From Candidatus Hydrogenedentota bacterium (GTDB taxonomy: Bacteria; Hydrogenedentota; Hydrogenedentia; Hydrogenedentales; SLHB01): a stretch of DNA of 58,167 nucleotides. Positions 30,470-40,294 of the stretch are shown here, piece after piece. The notes beneath the pieces were generated by a model, which was given only the letters and a program-made list of their open reading frames with translations, searched no databases and was not told the origin of the DNA. Position 1 is the stretch's first letter. Each line of letters starts with the position of its first letter. The stretch is from positions 1 to 58,167 of the forward strand of contig CAVUWV010000004.1 in assembly GCA_963745075.1 (NCBI GenBank), read 5' to 3'. A program made the translations under genes and the position numbers.

Positions 30470-30742
30470 ATGAAGTTTGAATGGGACCCTAGGAAAGCGC
30501 AATCTAACTTCCGGAAGCATAAGGTCTCGTTCGAAGAGGCCGTTACGGGCTTAGCGGATCCAATGGCAGCGACGAACGCAGATCCGGACCATTCTGCGAA
30601 CGAGGAGCGATTCCTTACGTTTGGGGTATCGAATCAAGATCGCCTTTTGGTTATTGCGCACACGGAACAGCGTGATACAATACGGATCATTAGTGCTCGA
30701 TTAGCGACGAAACAAGAACGAACGATCTATGAAGAAGACTAA
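30470..30742 (+). CDS. brnT: BrnT-family toxin (DUF497)
   Basis: MKFEWDPRKAQSNFRKHKVSFEEA..EERF..RIISARLATKQER; TATAAT (30456-30461) 8 nt upstream suggests a leaderless mRNA. Confidence 0.92.
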   Translation: MKFEWDPRKAQSNFRKHKVSFEEAVTGLADPMAATNADPDHSANEERFLTFGVSNQDRLLVIAHTEQRDTIRIISARLATKQERTIYEED

Positions 30743-30960
30743 GACAGGTACCGAAGGACGAATTACGCTCCGAGTATAGCCGGTCGGACTTTGCCAAGCC
30801 ATTCGTCCGCGGGAAATACGCTGAACGCATGCGCGAATCTTCCAATGTCGTTGTGCTTCGGCCAGAGGTTGCGGAAGCATTTCCAAACGAGGAAGCTGTA
30901 AACGATGCGTTGATGTCACTTATTGAAATCGCTCGCAAGACGGCACATACGAAGTCGTAA
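30729..30960 (+). CDS. BrnA-like antitoxin, absent from the ORF track (1-bp shift near the 5' end)
   Basis: Overlaps the brnT end; corrected reading ..KDELRSEYSRSDFAKPFVRGKYAERMRESSNVVVLRPEVAEAFPNEEAVNDALMSLIEIARK. Confidence 0.8.
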
Positions 30961-30997
30961 GATTTGGCATCGGTGCACCAACGTCGTAGGCATTAGC

Positions 30998-31189
30998 TCA
31001 GTAGCTTCTACAACCTCTCACGAACTTCTTCTCAACTTCTTCCTGACTCAGCGCGCCCTCGGTCTCTGCCCTCGATATGCCACGATGAATTTTGCCGGCC
31101 ACATACAGGTGGTACTGCACGTCTTCGAAGCTGCAATCGTCGGGGAGCTTATCGAGAATGGATCTAATCTCATCTTTTGTTTTGCTCAT
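30998..31189 (-). CDS. Small antitoxin-like protein with no toxin seen downstream
   Basis: KDEIRSILDKLPDDCSFEDVQYHLYVAGKIHRG..SQEEVEK; TATAAT upstream on the minus strand. Confidence 0.7.
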   Translation of the reverse strand: MSKTKDEIRSILDKLPDDCSFEDVQYHLYVAGKIHRGISRAETEGALSQEEVEKKFVRGCRSY

Positions 31190-31256
31190 GGGGCCGTGCT
31201 CTCTTACTTTGATTATACCTTGTGTGTACGTGTTCCTTTGGAGAAATGGCGCTCCC

Positions 31257-32594
31257 TCACACCACCTCCGGCATGCGGTAGGGTTCGCGGCCGACCCGTT
31301 TGATCATGGCGTTGGCTTCGTCGTCGTCGATGAAGGTTTCGGTTTCGGCGTCGATGAAGAGTTTCCGGCCGGTGCGGTAGGCGGCGTTGCCGTAGTGGCT
31401 GAGGCTGGTGGATAGGTGGCCTTCGGCGATATCGGCGTTGGGGCGTTTGCGGGTGCGGATGCAGTCGATGAAGTTCTCGAAGTGCTCGTCGTTCGTGAAA
31501 CGGCCCGGTTGGGTGAAGGCCACTTCGCCATCGGCGTTGTAGGCCTGCCAGCCGCCGCCGTGGCGTCCGAAGTACATGAACTGCTTCGTGCCGTAGACCT
31601 CGAAGCGGGTCCCGCTGAAGGGCCAGTTCGGCAACACGTCCTCGTTGCGAATCTCCATCGGCGTCTTACGCATATACGGCGCCCAGAGTACCTGCTCGAA
31701 GGCCATGGTGATCCCGTCGAAATCGTAGTTCACGACGTGCGTGTCCGGGGTCTCCTGGTCGTCGTCGAAGAAGAGCATGCCGCCCGTCGAATAGACCGAC
31801 TTCGGACAGGTCAACCCGGTGACCCATCGCGCGATGTCGATCTGGTGGGTACCGTCATTGGCGATGTCGCCCGCGCCGAAATCCCAGAACCAGTTCCAGG
31901 CATAGTGGAAGCGGTTATCGTTGAACGGCCGCTTCGGCGCCGGACCCAGCCAGAGATCATAGTCGACGCCTTCCGGCGGCTCGCTGTCCTCTTTCTTGCC
32001 GATGGTGCCGCGCACCTTGCTGTTGAGCACGCGGACGAAATGGACGTCGCCGAATTCCTCGGACTCGATGTATTCTTTCGCCTGCCAGCAGTACTGGGCG
32101 CTGCGGTTCTGGTAGCCGACCTGTACGACGCGGTCGTACTTGCGGGCGGCCTCGATCATTTTGCGGCCTTCCCAGATGTTGTGGCAGGTGGGCTTTTCAA
32201 TGTAGACGTCTTTGCCGGCCTGGCAGGCCATGACCGTGCCGAGGGCGTGCCAGTGGTTGGGCGTGGCCATGATGACGGCGTCGATTTCGGGATCGTCGAG
32301 CACACGGCGAAAGTCCTGCACGCACTCCGGCGCGGTCCCGCAGGCATCCTCGATCGCTTTCGACCGGCTCGGGAACAGGCGGCTGTCGGGATCGGCGATG
32401 TATTTGAGAATCACGTCGTCGCGCTTGGCGAATTCGGGTCCGAGAAAGCTGCCGCGACCTCGAACACCCATGATGGCCATGACGACTTTCTCGTTAGCGC
32501 CTTGCGCATTCACGGAAAACGAACCGGCGACGCCCGCCGCCATCGCCGTCGTCGTTGCCGCACTTAGAAACTCCCGTCGGTTCATGGAACTCAT
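31257..32594 (-). CDS. Tat-exported Gfo/Idh/MocA-family oxidoreductase
   Basis: MNRREFL, ATPNHWH, YIEKP, NDGTHQID. Confidence 0.93.
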   Translation of the reverse strand: MSSMNRREFLSAATTTAMAAGVAGSFSVNAQGANEKVVMAIMGVRGRGSFLGPEFAKRDDVILKYIADPDSRLFPSRSKAIEDACGTAPECVQDFRRVLDDPEIDAVIMATPNHWHALGTVMACQAGKDVYIEKPTCHNIWEGRKMIEAARKYDRVVQVGYQNRSAQYCWQAKEYIESEEFGDVHFVRVLNSKVRGTIGKKEDSEPPEGVDYDLWLGPAPKRPFNDNRFHYAWNWFWDFGAGDIANDGTHQIDIARWVTGLTCPKSVYSTGGMLFFDDDQETPDTHVVNYDFDGITMAFEQVLWAPYMRKTPMEIRNEDVLPNWPFSGTRFEVYGTKQFMYFGRHGGGWQAYNADGEVAFTQPGRFTNDEHFENFIDCIRTRKRPNADIAEGHLSTSLSHYGNAAYRTGRKLFIDAETETFIDDDEANAMIKRVGREPYRMPEVV

Positions 32595-32670
32595 ACCCGT
32601 CTCCCTTATCGTCGCTCGCCGCAATCCGATGGCAAACCTATCGTTTCACAATACCCTCACGCTTCTTCGT

Positions 32671-34071
32671 TCAAATGGAGTCTGCGATCCCGTCGTGGTC
32701 CGCGTCCGGGAAATCGCAAACAAAAATCTGTATCGGGTCCAGCCCCGCATAGGTCTTGAAGGGTTTCCCGTCCGCGTCTTTCGTCGGAACGGATTTCCCG
32801 TAGGCCAGAATCTTCCCGTCCTGCGACCACACCAACTCCATGCGGTCCGAACCGTCGCCGTGGGTTGTCAAGAAGACGGTCTTGCCGAAATTCGGACCGG
32901 GCTTGACGCAGGTCACCGCGACCCCACTGTCGCTGAGGCAGGCGATGGAGTTGCCACTGGGATGCCACCGCAATCCGCCATCCACGCCCTTGGGAAGGTG
33001 GGTCGCCTGTACGGGATGCTTCTTCGGATCGGGGTCGCGGTCCGAACCATCCGACGGAATGATGAAGATTTGGGTCGTTCCATCTGCTGCCTCGCCGTAG
33101 TAGGCGATCCGGTCGCCGTCCTCCGTCCCGCGTACGGTCCCGGTCGCCTTGTCGTGGGTGAGCCGGCGGATGGACACGCCTTTTGGAGGTTTGGGATACC
33201 GTGTGGCCGAGCCGGAGTCCGCGGTTGTGATGTCCACGTCGGCGGGAACGTCCACGACAAAGAGCGATTCTTCGTAGGAGACGCCATCGTCGGCGCGAAC
33301 CTTACCGATGAACGCGCGCATGAACCCGTGTCTCCCTATCCACGAGTCGCCGGACGCCACTTCAATCTCGCCCGGTTTCGACGTACCTTCGGGAACGACC
33401 GGAACCAGGAGTGCGAAGTAGTGGGTTGCGCCGTCCGGTGCGTCGTCGCGGGGTTCCATGTATCCGACAGTCCGGCCATATTGGGGCAGCAAAAAGTCGT
33501 CATAGGTGAAGCCGATGCGTTTTCCGTCTAGGGTGTATTCATGCCGATGGGTGCCGCCGCGATGTGCACCGGGGAACGTATCGCGTGAGGTGTCGACGTC
33601 GCGGCAATCCAGCCACGTCATCGTCTGGCTTCCGTCCGCCAGCACTTCGGCGCCGGTCCGGTTGGGCTTGTCGTAGTACCCGCGCTGAGGCACCTGATCC
33701 ACGGGCGGCCCGTGGATGAAGGCGACCTTCTCTGCGACGGGACAAAAGGTGCAGGCCGCAACGCCGGGGGCGGCATCTTCGCCGATGATCGATTTCTTGG
33801 GCGCGTACAACACGGTTTCCGTGCCGGTCGCGATTTCCACCTTTTCAATGGACTGCGAATTTCCGATACCCGATCCCACGGTTTCCCGCGTGTCGTAACA
33901 AAGAAACCGGCCGTCAGGAGAGAAATTGTCGTTGTTATCGAGATTGTGGTTCTTCGGCGAACCGGTGATTTGCCGTTCTTCGGCGTGCGCCACTCCAGCC
34001 ATCACAATAATCCCCATGATCGCGGCGAGGCCGGCCGCGCCTCGCCTCAAGTTTCGTCCAAACCGATGCAT
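32671..34071 (-). CDS. Secreted DUF3748/YidR-like TolB-type beta-propeller protein
   Basis: Signal peptide; ERQIT..NHNLDNNDNFSPDG..YDTR, FIHGP, GAHRGGTHRH. Confidence 0.75.
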   Translation of the reverse strand: MHRFGRNLRRGAAGLAAIMGIIVMAGVAHAEERQITGSPKNHNLDNNDNFSPDGRFLCYDTRETVGSGIGNSQSIEKVEIATGTETVLYAPKKSIIGEDAAPGVAACTFCPVAEKVAFIHGPPVDQVPQRGYYDKPNRTGAEVLADGSQTMTWLDCRDVDTSRDTFPGAHRGGTHRHEYTLDGKRIGFTYDDFLLPQYGRTVGYMEPRDDAPDGATHYFALLVPVVPEGTSKPGEIEVASGDSWIGRHGFMRAFIGKVRADDGVSYEESLFVVDVPADVDITTADSGSATRYPKPPKGVSIRRLTHDKATGTVRGTEDGDRIAYYGEAADGTTQIFIIPSDGSDRDPDPKKHPVQATHLPKGVDGGLRWHPSGNSIACLSDSGVAVTCVKPGPNFGKTVFLTTHGDGSDRMELVWSQDGKILAYGKSVPTKDADGKPFKTYAGLDPIQIFVCDFPDADHDGIADSI

Positions 34072-34299
34072 CGTTGCTCCCTTCAATTGAATACGTACCG
34101 TCGCTCGTGCGCAGGAGTCTCTCAGTGTAACCCTAGACACTAACGAATTCTAACCGGCTGAATTCAGAAACGGAGCAAGGGTCTATCTCGTGTCTCTACA
34201 CGGCAATGACCGGTGCGCATACTCAAGCGCCCATGAAATAGCTCGTTTGATTGGTACTTGAGCACGGTCTATAATTACCCCTTTACTTTGGAGGTCACT

Positions 34300-35313
34300 T
34301 TGATACGCGTAGGTATAGTAGGTGCCACGGGTTACGGCGGACGCGAGTTGATCCGCCTTCTTGCCATGCACCCTGAGACGGAACTCGTCGCGGCGGCGTC
34401 TACCAGCGTTGCGGGGCAACGGCTTGCGGATGTACTGCCCGCATTTCGCAAGCTGACCGACGTGGTGTTCGAGACCTTTGACGCGGAAGCCCTCACGAAA
34501 AAATGTGATGTGGTTTTCATCGCGGTTCCGGGACGCGAATCCATGGCTATCGGGTCGGAGCTGCGGAAGGCGGGCGCCCGGGTGCTCGATCTCGGGGGCG
34601 ATTTCCGGTTGAAGGATACGCAGGCGTTCGCGAAATACTATATGACCGAGCACACGGCGGCGCATCTGCTTGAGGAATGCGTGTACGGTCTGGCGCCCTG
34701 GTACCGGGATGCGCTGAAGACCGCGCGACTCGTTTCCGTGCCGGGCTGTTATCCAATTAGTATCGTATTGCCGCTTCGGCCGCTTCTGGACCATGCCAAG
34801 ACGGATGTGCCCATCGTAGTCGACTCGATTTCCGGCGTCTCGGGCGCGGGCCGTACGCCCTCGGAGGGCTACCACTTTCCGGAGATGAACGGGAATTTGA
34901 AAGCGTATAAGCTGGGGGTACACCAACACATACCGGAGATCGAACAGGAAATCGGCCATCGGGCCGTCGTTCAATTCACCCCCCACGTCGCGCCGCTTAC
35001 GCGGGGCATACTGTCCACGATTACATTCCGGCCGACCGGATCTGTAGACGTCGCCGCCGCGTTGCGTTGTTACGATGCCGAGCCTTTCGTCCGGGTCCTG
35101 CCGGAAGGCGAACTTCCGGAAGTCCGATTCGTCCGTGGGTCGAATTTCTGCGATATCGGCTGGACCATGGACGAGCGGACCGGCAACCTCCTGATAGTCA
35201 GTGCCATCGACAATATGATGGGGGGCACGGCGGGCATGGCTCTGCAATGTCTCAACATCATGTGCGGCCTCGACGAGTCCACCGGGCTTACGTACGGGGG
35301 AATGGCGCCATGA
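34300..35313 (+). CDS. argC: N-acetyl-gamma-glutamyl-phosphate reductase
   Basis: VGATGYGG, DLGGDFRL, PGCYP, SGVSGAGR, HQHIPEI; TTG start after GGAGG. Confidence 0.97.
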   Translation: MIRVGIVGATGYGGRELIRLLAMHPETELVAAASTSVAGQRLADVLPAFRKLTDVVFETFDAEALTKKCDVVFIAVPGRESMAIGSELRKAGARVLDLGGDFRLKDTQAFAKYYMTEHTAAHLLEECVYGLAPWYRDALKTARLVSVPGCYPISIVLPLRPLLDHAKTDVPIVVDSISGVSGAGRTPSEGYHFPEMNGNLKAYKLGVHQHIPEIEQEIGHRAVVQFTPHVAPLTRGILSTITFRPTGSVDVAAALRCYDAEPFVRVLPEGELPEVRFVRGSNFCDIGWTMDERTGNLLIVSAIDNMMGGTAGMALQCLNIMCGLDESTGLTYGGMAP

Positions 35314-36515
35314 ACTTCGTGGAGGGAGGGGTGACCGCTCCAAGAGGCTACCGGGCTGCCGGTGTGGCTGCGGGCATTAAGAAGAGCGGCACGAAGAGAG
35401 ACTGCGCCCTGATTGTCAGCGATGTATGCGCTTCGGTAGCCGGGGTGTTCACGCAAAACGTGATGAAGGCGCCGCCGGTCATGTGGGATGCGGCCGTGTG
35501 TGCTACCGGCAAAGCGCGCGCCGTATTCATCAATAGCGGGAATGCCAACGCGGCAACCGGGGAACTGGGTGTCGCCGACGTGTGCGCCACGGCCGACCTG
35601 GTGGCGAAACAACTAGACGCTTCGCCGCAAGAGATCTGCATCTGCAGCACCGGCGTGATCGGAGTCCCGCTGCCCATGGATCGGATCGCCGCCGGGGTCG
35701 AAAGCGCTGCGCGAGAGTTATCGACGGAGGGAAGTCCCAACGCCGCGCTGGCGATTATGACGACGGACACGGTTCCCAAAGAGAAGGCGGTGGAAGTCGC
35801 GCTGTCCGGCGGCACGGTCCGCATCGGCGCCATCGCCAAGGGGTCGGGCATGATCGCGCCGAATATGGCGACGATGATTTGCGTGCTCACGACCGACGCC
35901 GCGATCGGTCCCGAGACGCTGCAATCCGCGATCCGCGACGCCGTGGACGTTTCCTTTAACTGCATCTGCATCGACAATGATATGAGCACGAGCGACACGG
36001 TGTTGTGCCTGGCAAACGGCGCCGCCGGCCTTCCGGAGATTCGGCTGGACTCCGACGACTACACGGCGTTCCGCAGCGCGCTCACGGAGCTTTGCACGCT
36101 TCTGGCCCGCGAACTCGTCCTCGACGGCGAAGGCGCGACGAAGTTTGTGGAGATCGACGTGTCGGGCACCGCCACCGAAGAGCAAGCCAAAACGGTTGCG
36201 CGGGCCATCGCCTTTTCGCAACTCAGCAAGACCGCCTTTTACGGGCAGGATCCCAACTGGGGACGGTTCGTGTGCGCTGCGGGCTACGCCGGTGTACAAT
36301 TCGACCCGGCGGATTTGGCCTTGTGGTTGGACGATGTCCAGCTTGTCCATGGGGGAACCGCCACGGAATACCGGGAGGAAGACGCCGCGGCGGTGATGAA
36401 GCAACGTGAATTTCGGATCCGCTTGGAGGTTGGGATTGGGCCCGGCAAGGCTAAATTCTGGACGAGTGACCTCAGCAACGACTACGTGCGTATCAACGCC
36501 GATTACCGATCGTAG
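35310..36515 (+). CDS. argJ: Bifunctional ornithine acetyltransferase / N-acetylglutamate synthase
   Basis: NSGNANA, IMTTDT, KGSGMIAPNMATM, DGEGATK, DPNWGR, YVRINADYRS. Confidence 0.97.
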   Translation: MNFVEGGVTAPRGYRAAGVAAGIKKSGTKRDCALIVSDVCASVAGVFTQNVMKAPPVMWDAAVCATGKARAVFINSGNANAATGELGVADVCATADLVAKQLDASPQEICICSTGVIGVPLPMDRIAAGVESAARELSTEGSPNAALAIMTTDTVPKEKAVEVALSGGTVRIGAIAKGSGMIAPNMATMICVLTTDAAIGPETLQSAIRDAVDVSFNCICIDNDMSTSDTVLCLANGAAGLPEIRLDSDDYTAFRSALTELCTLLARELVLDGEGATKFVEIDVSGTATEEQAKTVARAIAFSQLSKTAFYGQDPNWGRFVCAAGYAGVQFDPADLALWLDDVQLVHGGTATEYREEDAAAVMKQREFRIRLEVGIGPGKAKFWTSDLSNDYVRINADYRS

Positions 36516-36548
36516 CGGCCACCATTGTCGAACTCACAGGAGAAGAGA

Positions 36549-37421
36549 TTGAAGTCCTTCGAGGAATTCATACAGAAGGCGGCGGTGCTCGTGGAGGCCC
36601 TCCCCTACATTCGGGAGTTCGAGGGCAAAACCGTCGTCATCAAGTATGGCGGCGCGGCTATGGAAAACCCGAACCTGCGCCGAAGCACGACGGAAGACAT
36701 CGTGTTGATGAAGTACGTTGGCATGAATCCGGTAATCGTGCATGGTGGTGGACCCGAGATTAACCGCACCTTAGCCCGTTTGGGTGTCGAGTCAAAATTC
36801 CACAACGGTCTGCGCGTCACGGATGAAGAAACGATCGCCGTGGTGGAAATGGTTCTCGCCGGCCGGATCAACAAGGAAATCGTCACGCTTATCAGCAAAG
36901 CCGGCGGCGACCCCGTGGGCTTGTCCGGGAAAGATGGAAACCTTTTGCACGCTCGCCGGATGAAAACGGAGGACGGTATTGATATAGGTTTCGTGGGAGA
37001 AATCACGGGGGTGCACTATAAAATCATCAACGTGATATGCGATGCGGGGATGATTCCGGTGATCGCCCCGATTGCGACGGACGCCAAAGGCAATACCTGG
37101 AATGTGAATGCCGATACGGCGGCGGGCGAGATCGCCGCCGCGATACAGGCCGAAAAGCTGGTGTTTTTGACCGACACGCCCGGATTGTTGCGCGATCCCA
37201 ACGACCCGGACAGTCTGATACACCAGCTTTGCCACAAAGAGATTATCGAACTGACGGACAAAGGCATCATCGCGGGCGGCATGATTCCCAAAGTCGAGGC
37301 CTGTTTGAAGGCCCTTGACTATGGGGTGGTCAAGACGCACATTATCGACGGACGCGTACCCCATTCGCTCTTGTTGGAGATTTTCACCGACAAGGGCATG
37401 GGCACGCTGGTAACCCATTAG
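36549..37421 (+). CDS. argB: Acetylglutamate kinase
   Basis: VIKYGG, VHGGGPEI, GLRVTD, NVNADT, GGMIPKV; TTG start after CAGGAG. Confidence 0.97.
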   Translation: MKSFEEFIQKAAVLVEALPYIREFEGKTVVIKYGGAAMENPNLRRSTTEDIVLMKYVGMNPVIVHGGGPEINRTLARLGVESKFHNGLRVTDEETIAVVEMVLAGRINKEIVTLISKAGGDPVGLSGKDGNLLHARRMKTEDGIDIGFVGEITGVHYKIINVICDAGMIPVIAPIATDAKGNTWNVNADTAAGEIAAAIQAEKLVFLTDTPGLLRDPNDPDSLIHQLCHKEIIELTDKGIIAGGMIPKVEACLKALDYGVVKTHIIDGRVPHSLLLEIFTDKGMGTLVTH

Positions 37422-37494
37422 TCCCTTACAAACCGAGCTGAGCAAAAGTAAACAAGAAGTTTGTCGGTGTTGGCGAACGTGATTGGTGCCGGCC

Positions 37495-37709
37495 GAAATT
37501 CGAAATCCGAAGCACGAAATTCGAAACAAAGTCCAAGGATCCAAATTCCAATGACCAAAACCGGATGCAGTTCCGGCGAAATCTTGACGTGGAGCAGCCA
37601 GGGAGCGCTGAGAATCTATCCGCTGGCGTGTCACCTGTCTGCGTTTCTGTCCTTGGGATTTTGGTCATTTGTGCTTGTTTCGGATTTCGAGTCTCGGATA
37701 TTGAATTTG
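37495..37709. repeat. Imperfect inverted-repeat element (~65-bp arms; REP/MITE-like)
   Basis: Arm GAAATTCGAAATCCGAAGCACGAAATTCGAAACAAAGTCCAAGG..ACCAAAAC (37495-37561) and a reverse-complement-like arm at 37643-37709. Confidence 0.65.
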
Positions 37710-37853
37710 GTTCGCACAAGTTGACAATGGGTTGTGGGCAAGGCTCACGTCGGTTTTATTGGCATAAGTTGAAGATGGATTCTGAAGAACGACTACTGCA
37801 ACGACCTCCCAGGGGAATCCGGGTCGTGAAATCAGGCTGGAGGATATACGTTC

Positions 37854-38501
37854 GTGAATGACCCGATAACCGAACGCATGATGAACATCATTTACGAAGG
37901 CGGCGTCTTGATGTTCCCCATCATGGCGGTGTCCATCGTGGCCCTCGCTATTACCATCGAACGGTTCTGGACGCTGCGCCGCGCCACCATCGACACGCGC
38001 GAGTTCATGGACGCCATGCGGACCGTGCTTCGTCAAAACCGCGTTCAGGAAGCCATCGCGATTTGTGATGAGACGGACGCCCCGGTGGCCCGGATCATGA
38101 AGGCGGGCATCCTGAAACACAATCGCAGCAAAGAGGACATCCGCGAAGCCATCGAAGATGCGGGGCACCTGGAGATCCCGCGGCTGGAGCGGTACATGTC
38201 CGCGTTGGCGACCTGCGCGAACATCGCGCCGCTGCTGGGCCTGCTGGGTACGGTCCAGGGGATGATCAAGGCCTTCGCTCAGATTCAGCACAAGCAGGGT
38301 CAGGTCAATCCATCGGACCTCGCGGAAGGGATCGGGAACGCATTGATTACGACCGCGGCCGGGTTGTCGGTGGCGATTCCGACGCTGGTCGTTTACAACT
38401 ATTTCGTGACCCGCGTGGAGAACATGATCCTGGAAATGGAAATCAGCTCGTCGGAATTGGTCGAACTGTTGACCAAACATCGCGGCGAACGCGAGATATA
38501 A
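37854..38501 (+). CDS. exbB: MotA/TolQ/ExbB proton channel
   Basis: APLLGLLGTVQGMI, GIGNALITTAAGL. Confidence 0.92.
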   Translation: MNDPITERMMNIIYEGGVLMFPIMAVSIVALAITIERFWTLRRATIDTREFMDAMRTVLRQNRVQEAIAICDETDAPVARIMKAGILKHNRSKEDIREAIEDAGHLEIPRLERYMSALATCANIAPLLGLLGTVQGMIKAFAQIQHKQGQVNPSDLAEGIGNALITTAAGLSVAIPTLVVYNYFVTRVENMILEMEISSSELVELLTKHRGEREI

Positions 38502-38516
38502 CGCGGAGGCGAAACA

Positions 38517-38963
38517 ATGAAGTTTCGTGTCGCAACAGTCGAGAAGCGTAAGGTGCGAGCCAGTCTCGACCTCACGCCGTTGATTAACGTCGTGTTCCAG
38601 TTGCTGGTCTTTTTCATGTTGTCCTCCACCTTCGTCGTGCAGAGCAGCATTCAGATCGAAACGCCGGTGGCGGAGGGATCGGAGGCCCTCGAGCAGAAGG
38701 ACCTTACCGTAACCCTCCAGTACGGCGACGGCGGTCCGGACGGGAAGGGCCGCGTCTACGTCGACAACAACGAAATCACGAGTTGGGCGGAATTGTCGAA
38801 CCGTATCGCCGACGAAATGGCTACCCGGCCGGAGGCCATGGTGCTGATTCGGCCGGATGCGCGAATCGAAACGGGCCGCCTGGTGCAGGTGCTCGGCATC
38901 GCCACGAGCGTCGGCGTGGAACGCTACGGAATCGCCGCGGAACCTCCGCCTCCAGAAGAATAG
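38517..38963 (+). CDS. exbD: ExbD/TolR biopolymer transport protein
   Basis: LDLTPLINVVFQLLVFFML (the usual TM Asp reads Asn here), IRPDA. Confidence 0.9.
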   Translation: MKFRVATVEKRKVRASLDLTPLINVVFQLLVFFMLSSTFVVQSSIQIETPVAEGSEALEQKDLTVTLQYGDGGPDGKGRVYVDNNEITSWAELSNRIADEMATRPEAMVLIRPDARIETGRLVQVLGIATSVGVERYGIAAEPPPPEE

Positions 38964-38975
38964 CGAGTAAAGCCA

Positions 38976-39797
38976 ATGGCCCGCGACCGCGCCTTCAAAA
39001 TATCGCTGGGCATTTCCACACTCTTCCATTTGTCCATGGTCACGCTGTTTTCCATTTACATTTGGGTGCCGGTGCGGGATATCAGCTACTACACCTTTGA
39101 CATTGTCGACCCCGTGACGCACGAGTCCGTGATCCGCGGCCCCCAGGACGTGTTGCGCGTTCCCACGATGGAGGACGCGTTGCGCCCGGCTGCAACAGAT
39201 GGGACTGAAGCCCTCGAGTCACTGGCCCTTTCCACACCGGAGAACCTGGATCCTGGCTTGCCCCAAATCAGCCTGCCCCGTCTGGAAGTTGCGGAACTGG
39301 AACGGCTGCAAGTGAAAGAAGAGGGGTTGCGGATCCGTTCGCACTTCGAGCAGGAGGGTCCGCAGGATCCTTGGGCGCGGTTTGGGCGGGAAATCGGCAA
39401 GCTTCAGGACGCACTTCGCCAATGGACCACGTTCGAGTCTCTGGACGAGCCGGAGGAACCTGCGTTGCAGCCGGTTTCGCGACCGGTGGAAGGGCTGGCG
39501 CTCTACATCGACTGGATGAGCCCGCCGGAGGATCGGGAACTGATCTTCGCCCCGCCCATCGACGCCCTGTGGAAGCTCGATCCCAAGTCGATGACCGAAC
39601 CGATCGCCATCATGTTCAAAGTAAACCCTGAAGGGCAGGTGATCGAGGTCATGACACCGGTAGAAGATGCAGACGGCGTGATCGCGTCGGCGGGCAAGGC
39701 GTTGATTCGTTATCGCTTTGAACCCCTTGAGCAGGAAAACGCGGGTGACCAGTACGGGACGCTACTTATCGCGCCCGACAAAGGACCGCCCCTGTGA
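38976..39797 (+). CDS. TonB-like energy transducer
   Basis: N-terminal TM with S-x3-H (ISTLFHL); C-terminal FKVNPEGQVIEV..AGKALIRYRFEP. Confidence 0.6.
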   Translation: MARDRAFKISLGISTLFHLSMVTLFSIYIWVPVRDISYYTFDIVDPVTHESVIRGPQDVLRVPTMEDALRPAATDGTEALESLALSTPENLDPGLPQISLPRLEVAELERLQVKEEGLRIRSHFEQEGPQDPWARFGREIGKLQDALRQWTTFESLDEPEEPALQPVSRPVEGLALYIDWMSPPEDRELIFAPPIDALWKLDPKSMTEPIAIMFKVNPEGQVIEVMTPVEDADGVIASAGKALIRYRFEPLEQENAGDQYGTLLIAPDKGPPL

Positions 39798-40162
39798 TCG
39801 CGCTGGAACTGAAATGGGCCTTGCTCCTGTATTCGAGCGTGTTGGGCGCCATGGCCGCGTTCATCTGGGTCTACACGGAAATCACGGTGCGACGGCCCCA
39901 TCGCTATTTGGGAAAGCAATACCTGTGGCGGTGTTCGTTCTGCGGGTACACGTACCTCGACGAGTCAGGCGACGAGTTGTCCCAATGCCCGCGTTGTGAA
40001 AGCTACAACTCCGCCACCGAAGAGCGGGCACGATTTGTGCCGTCCAAGCGGCACGCTCACGAGGAGTCCGACCACGTGCTCGCACCTGCCGATGGGCCGA
40101 AGAAGAATCCGTCCCGCCGGAAACGTCCGCATCAACGCCGGCGTGGGCCCCGCAAACGATAA
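39794..40162 (+). CDS. Small membrane-anchored Zn-ribbon protein
   Basis: N-terminal TM, CSFC..CPRC, basic C-terminal tail; GTGA overlap with the upstream gene. Confidence 0.65.
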   Translation: MIALELKWALLLYSSVLGAMAAFIWVYTEITVRRPHRYLGKQYLWRCSFCGYTYLDESGDELSQCPRCESYNSATEERARFVPSKRHAHEESDHVLAPADGPKKNPSRRKRPHQRRRGPRKR

Positions 40163-40213
40163 ATACCACGGAGCTTCCGCACGCATGTAGTTGGTATCCG
40201 CGCGGACGTCAAA

Positions 40214-40287
40214 GGGGCACGGGCGTCTCGCCCGTGTTTAGCGAAACATCTTGCCTAAGAGATACACGGGCGAGACGCCCGTGCTCC
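40214..40287. repeat. REP-like inverted pair
   Basis: CACGGGCGTCTCGCCCGTG (40218-40236) and its reverse complement CACGGGCGAGACGCCCGTG (40265-40283) between convergent genes. Confidence 0.75.
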
Positions 40288-40294
40288 GTTAATG

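Noticed and set aside
27700..31250. Integron cassette array explanation for the TA patch
   Set aside because: Genes are on both strands, no IntI is present, and I found no convincing paired attC R''/R' boxes.
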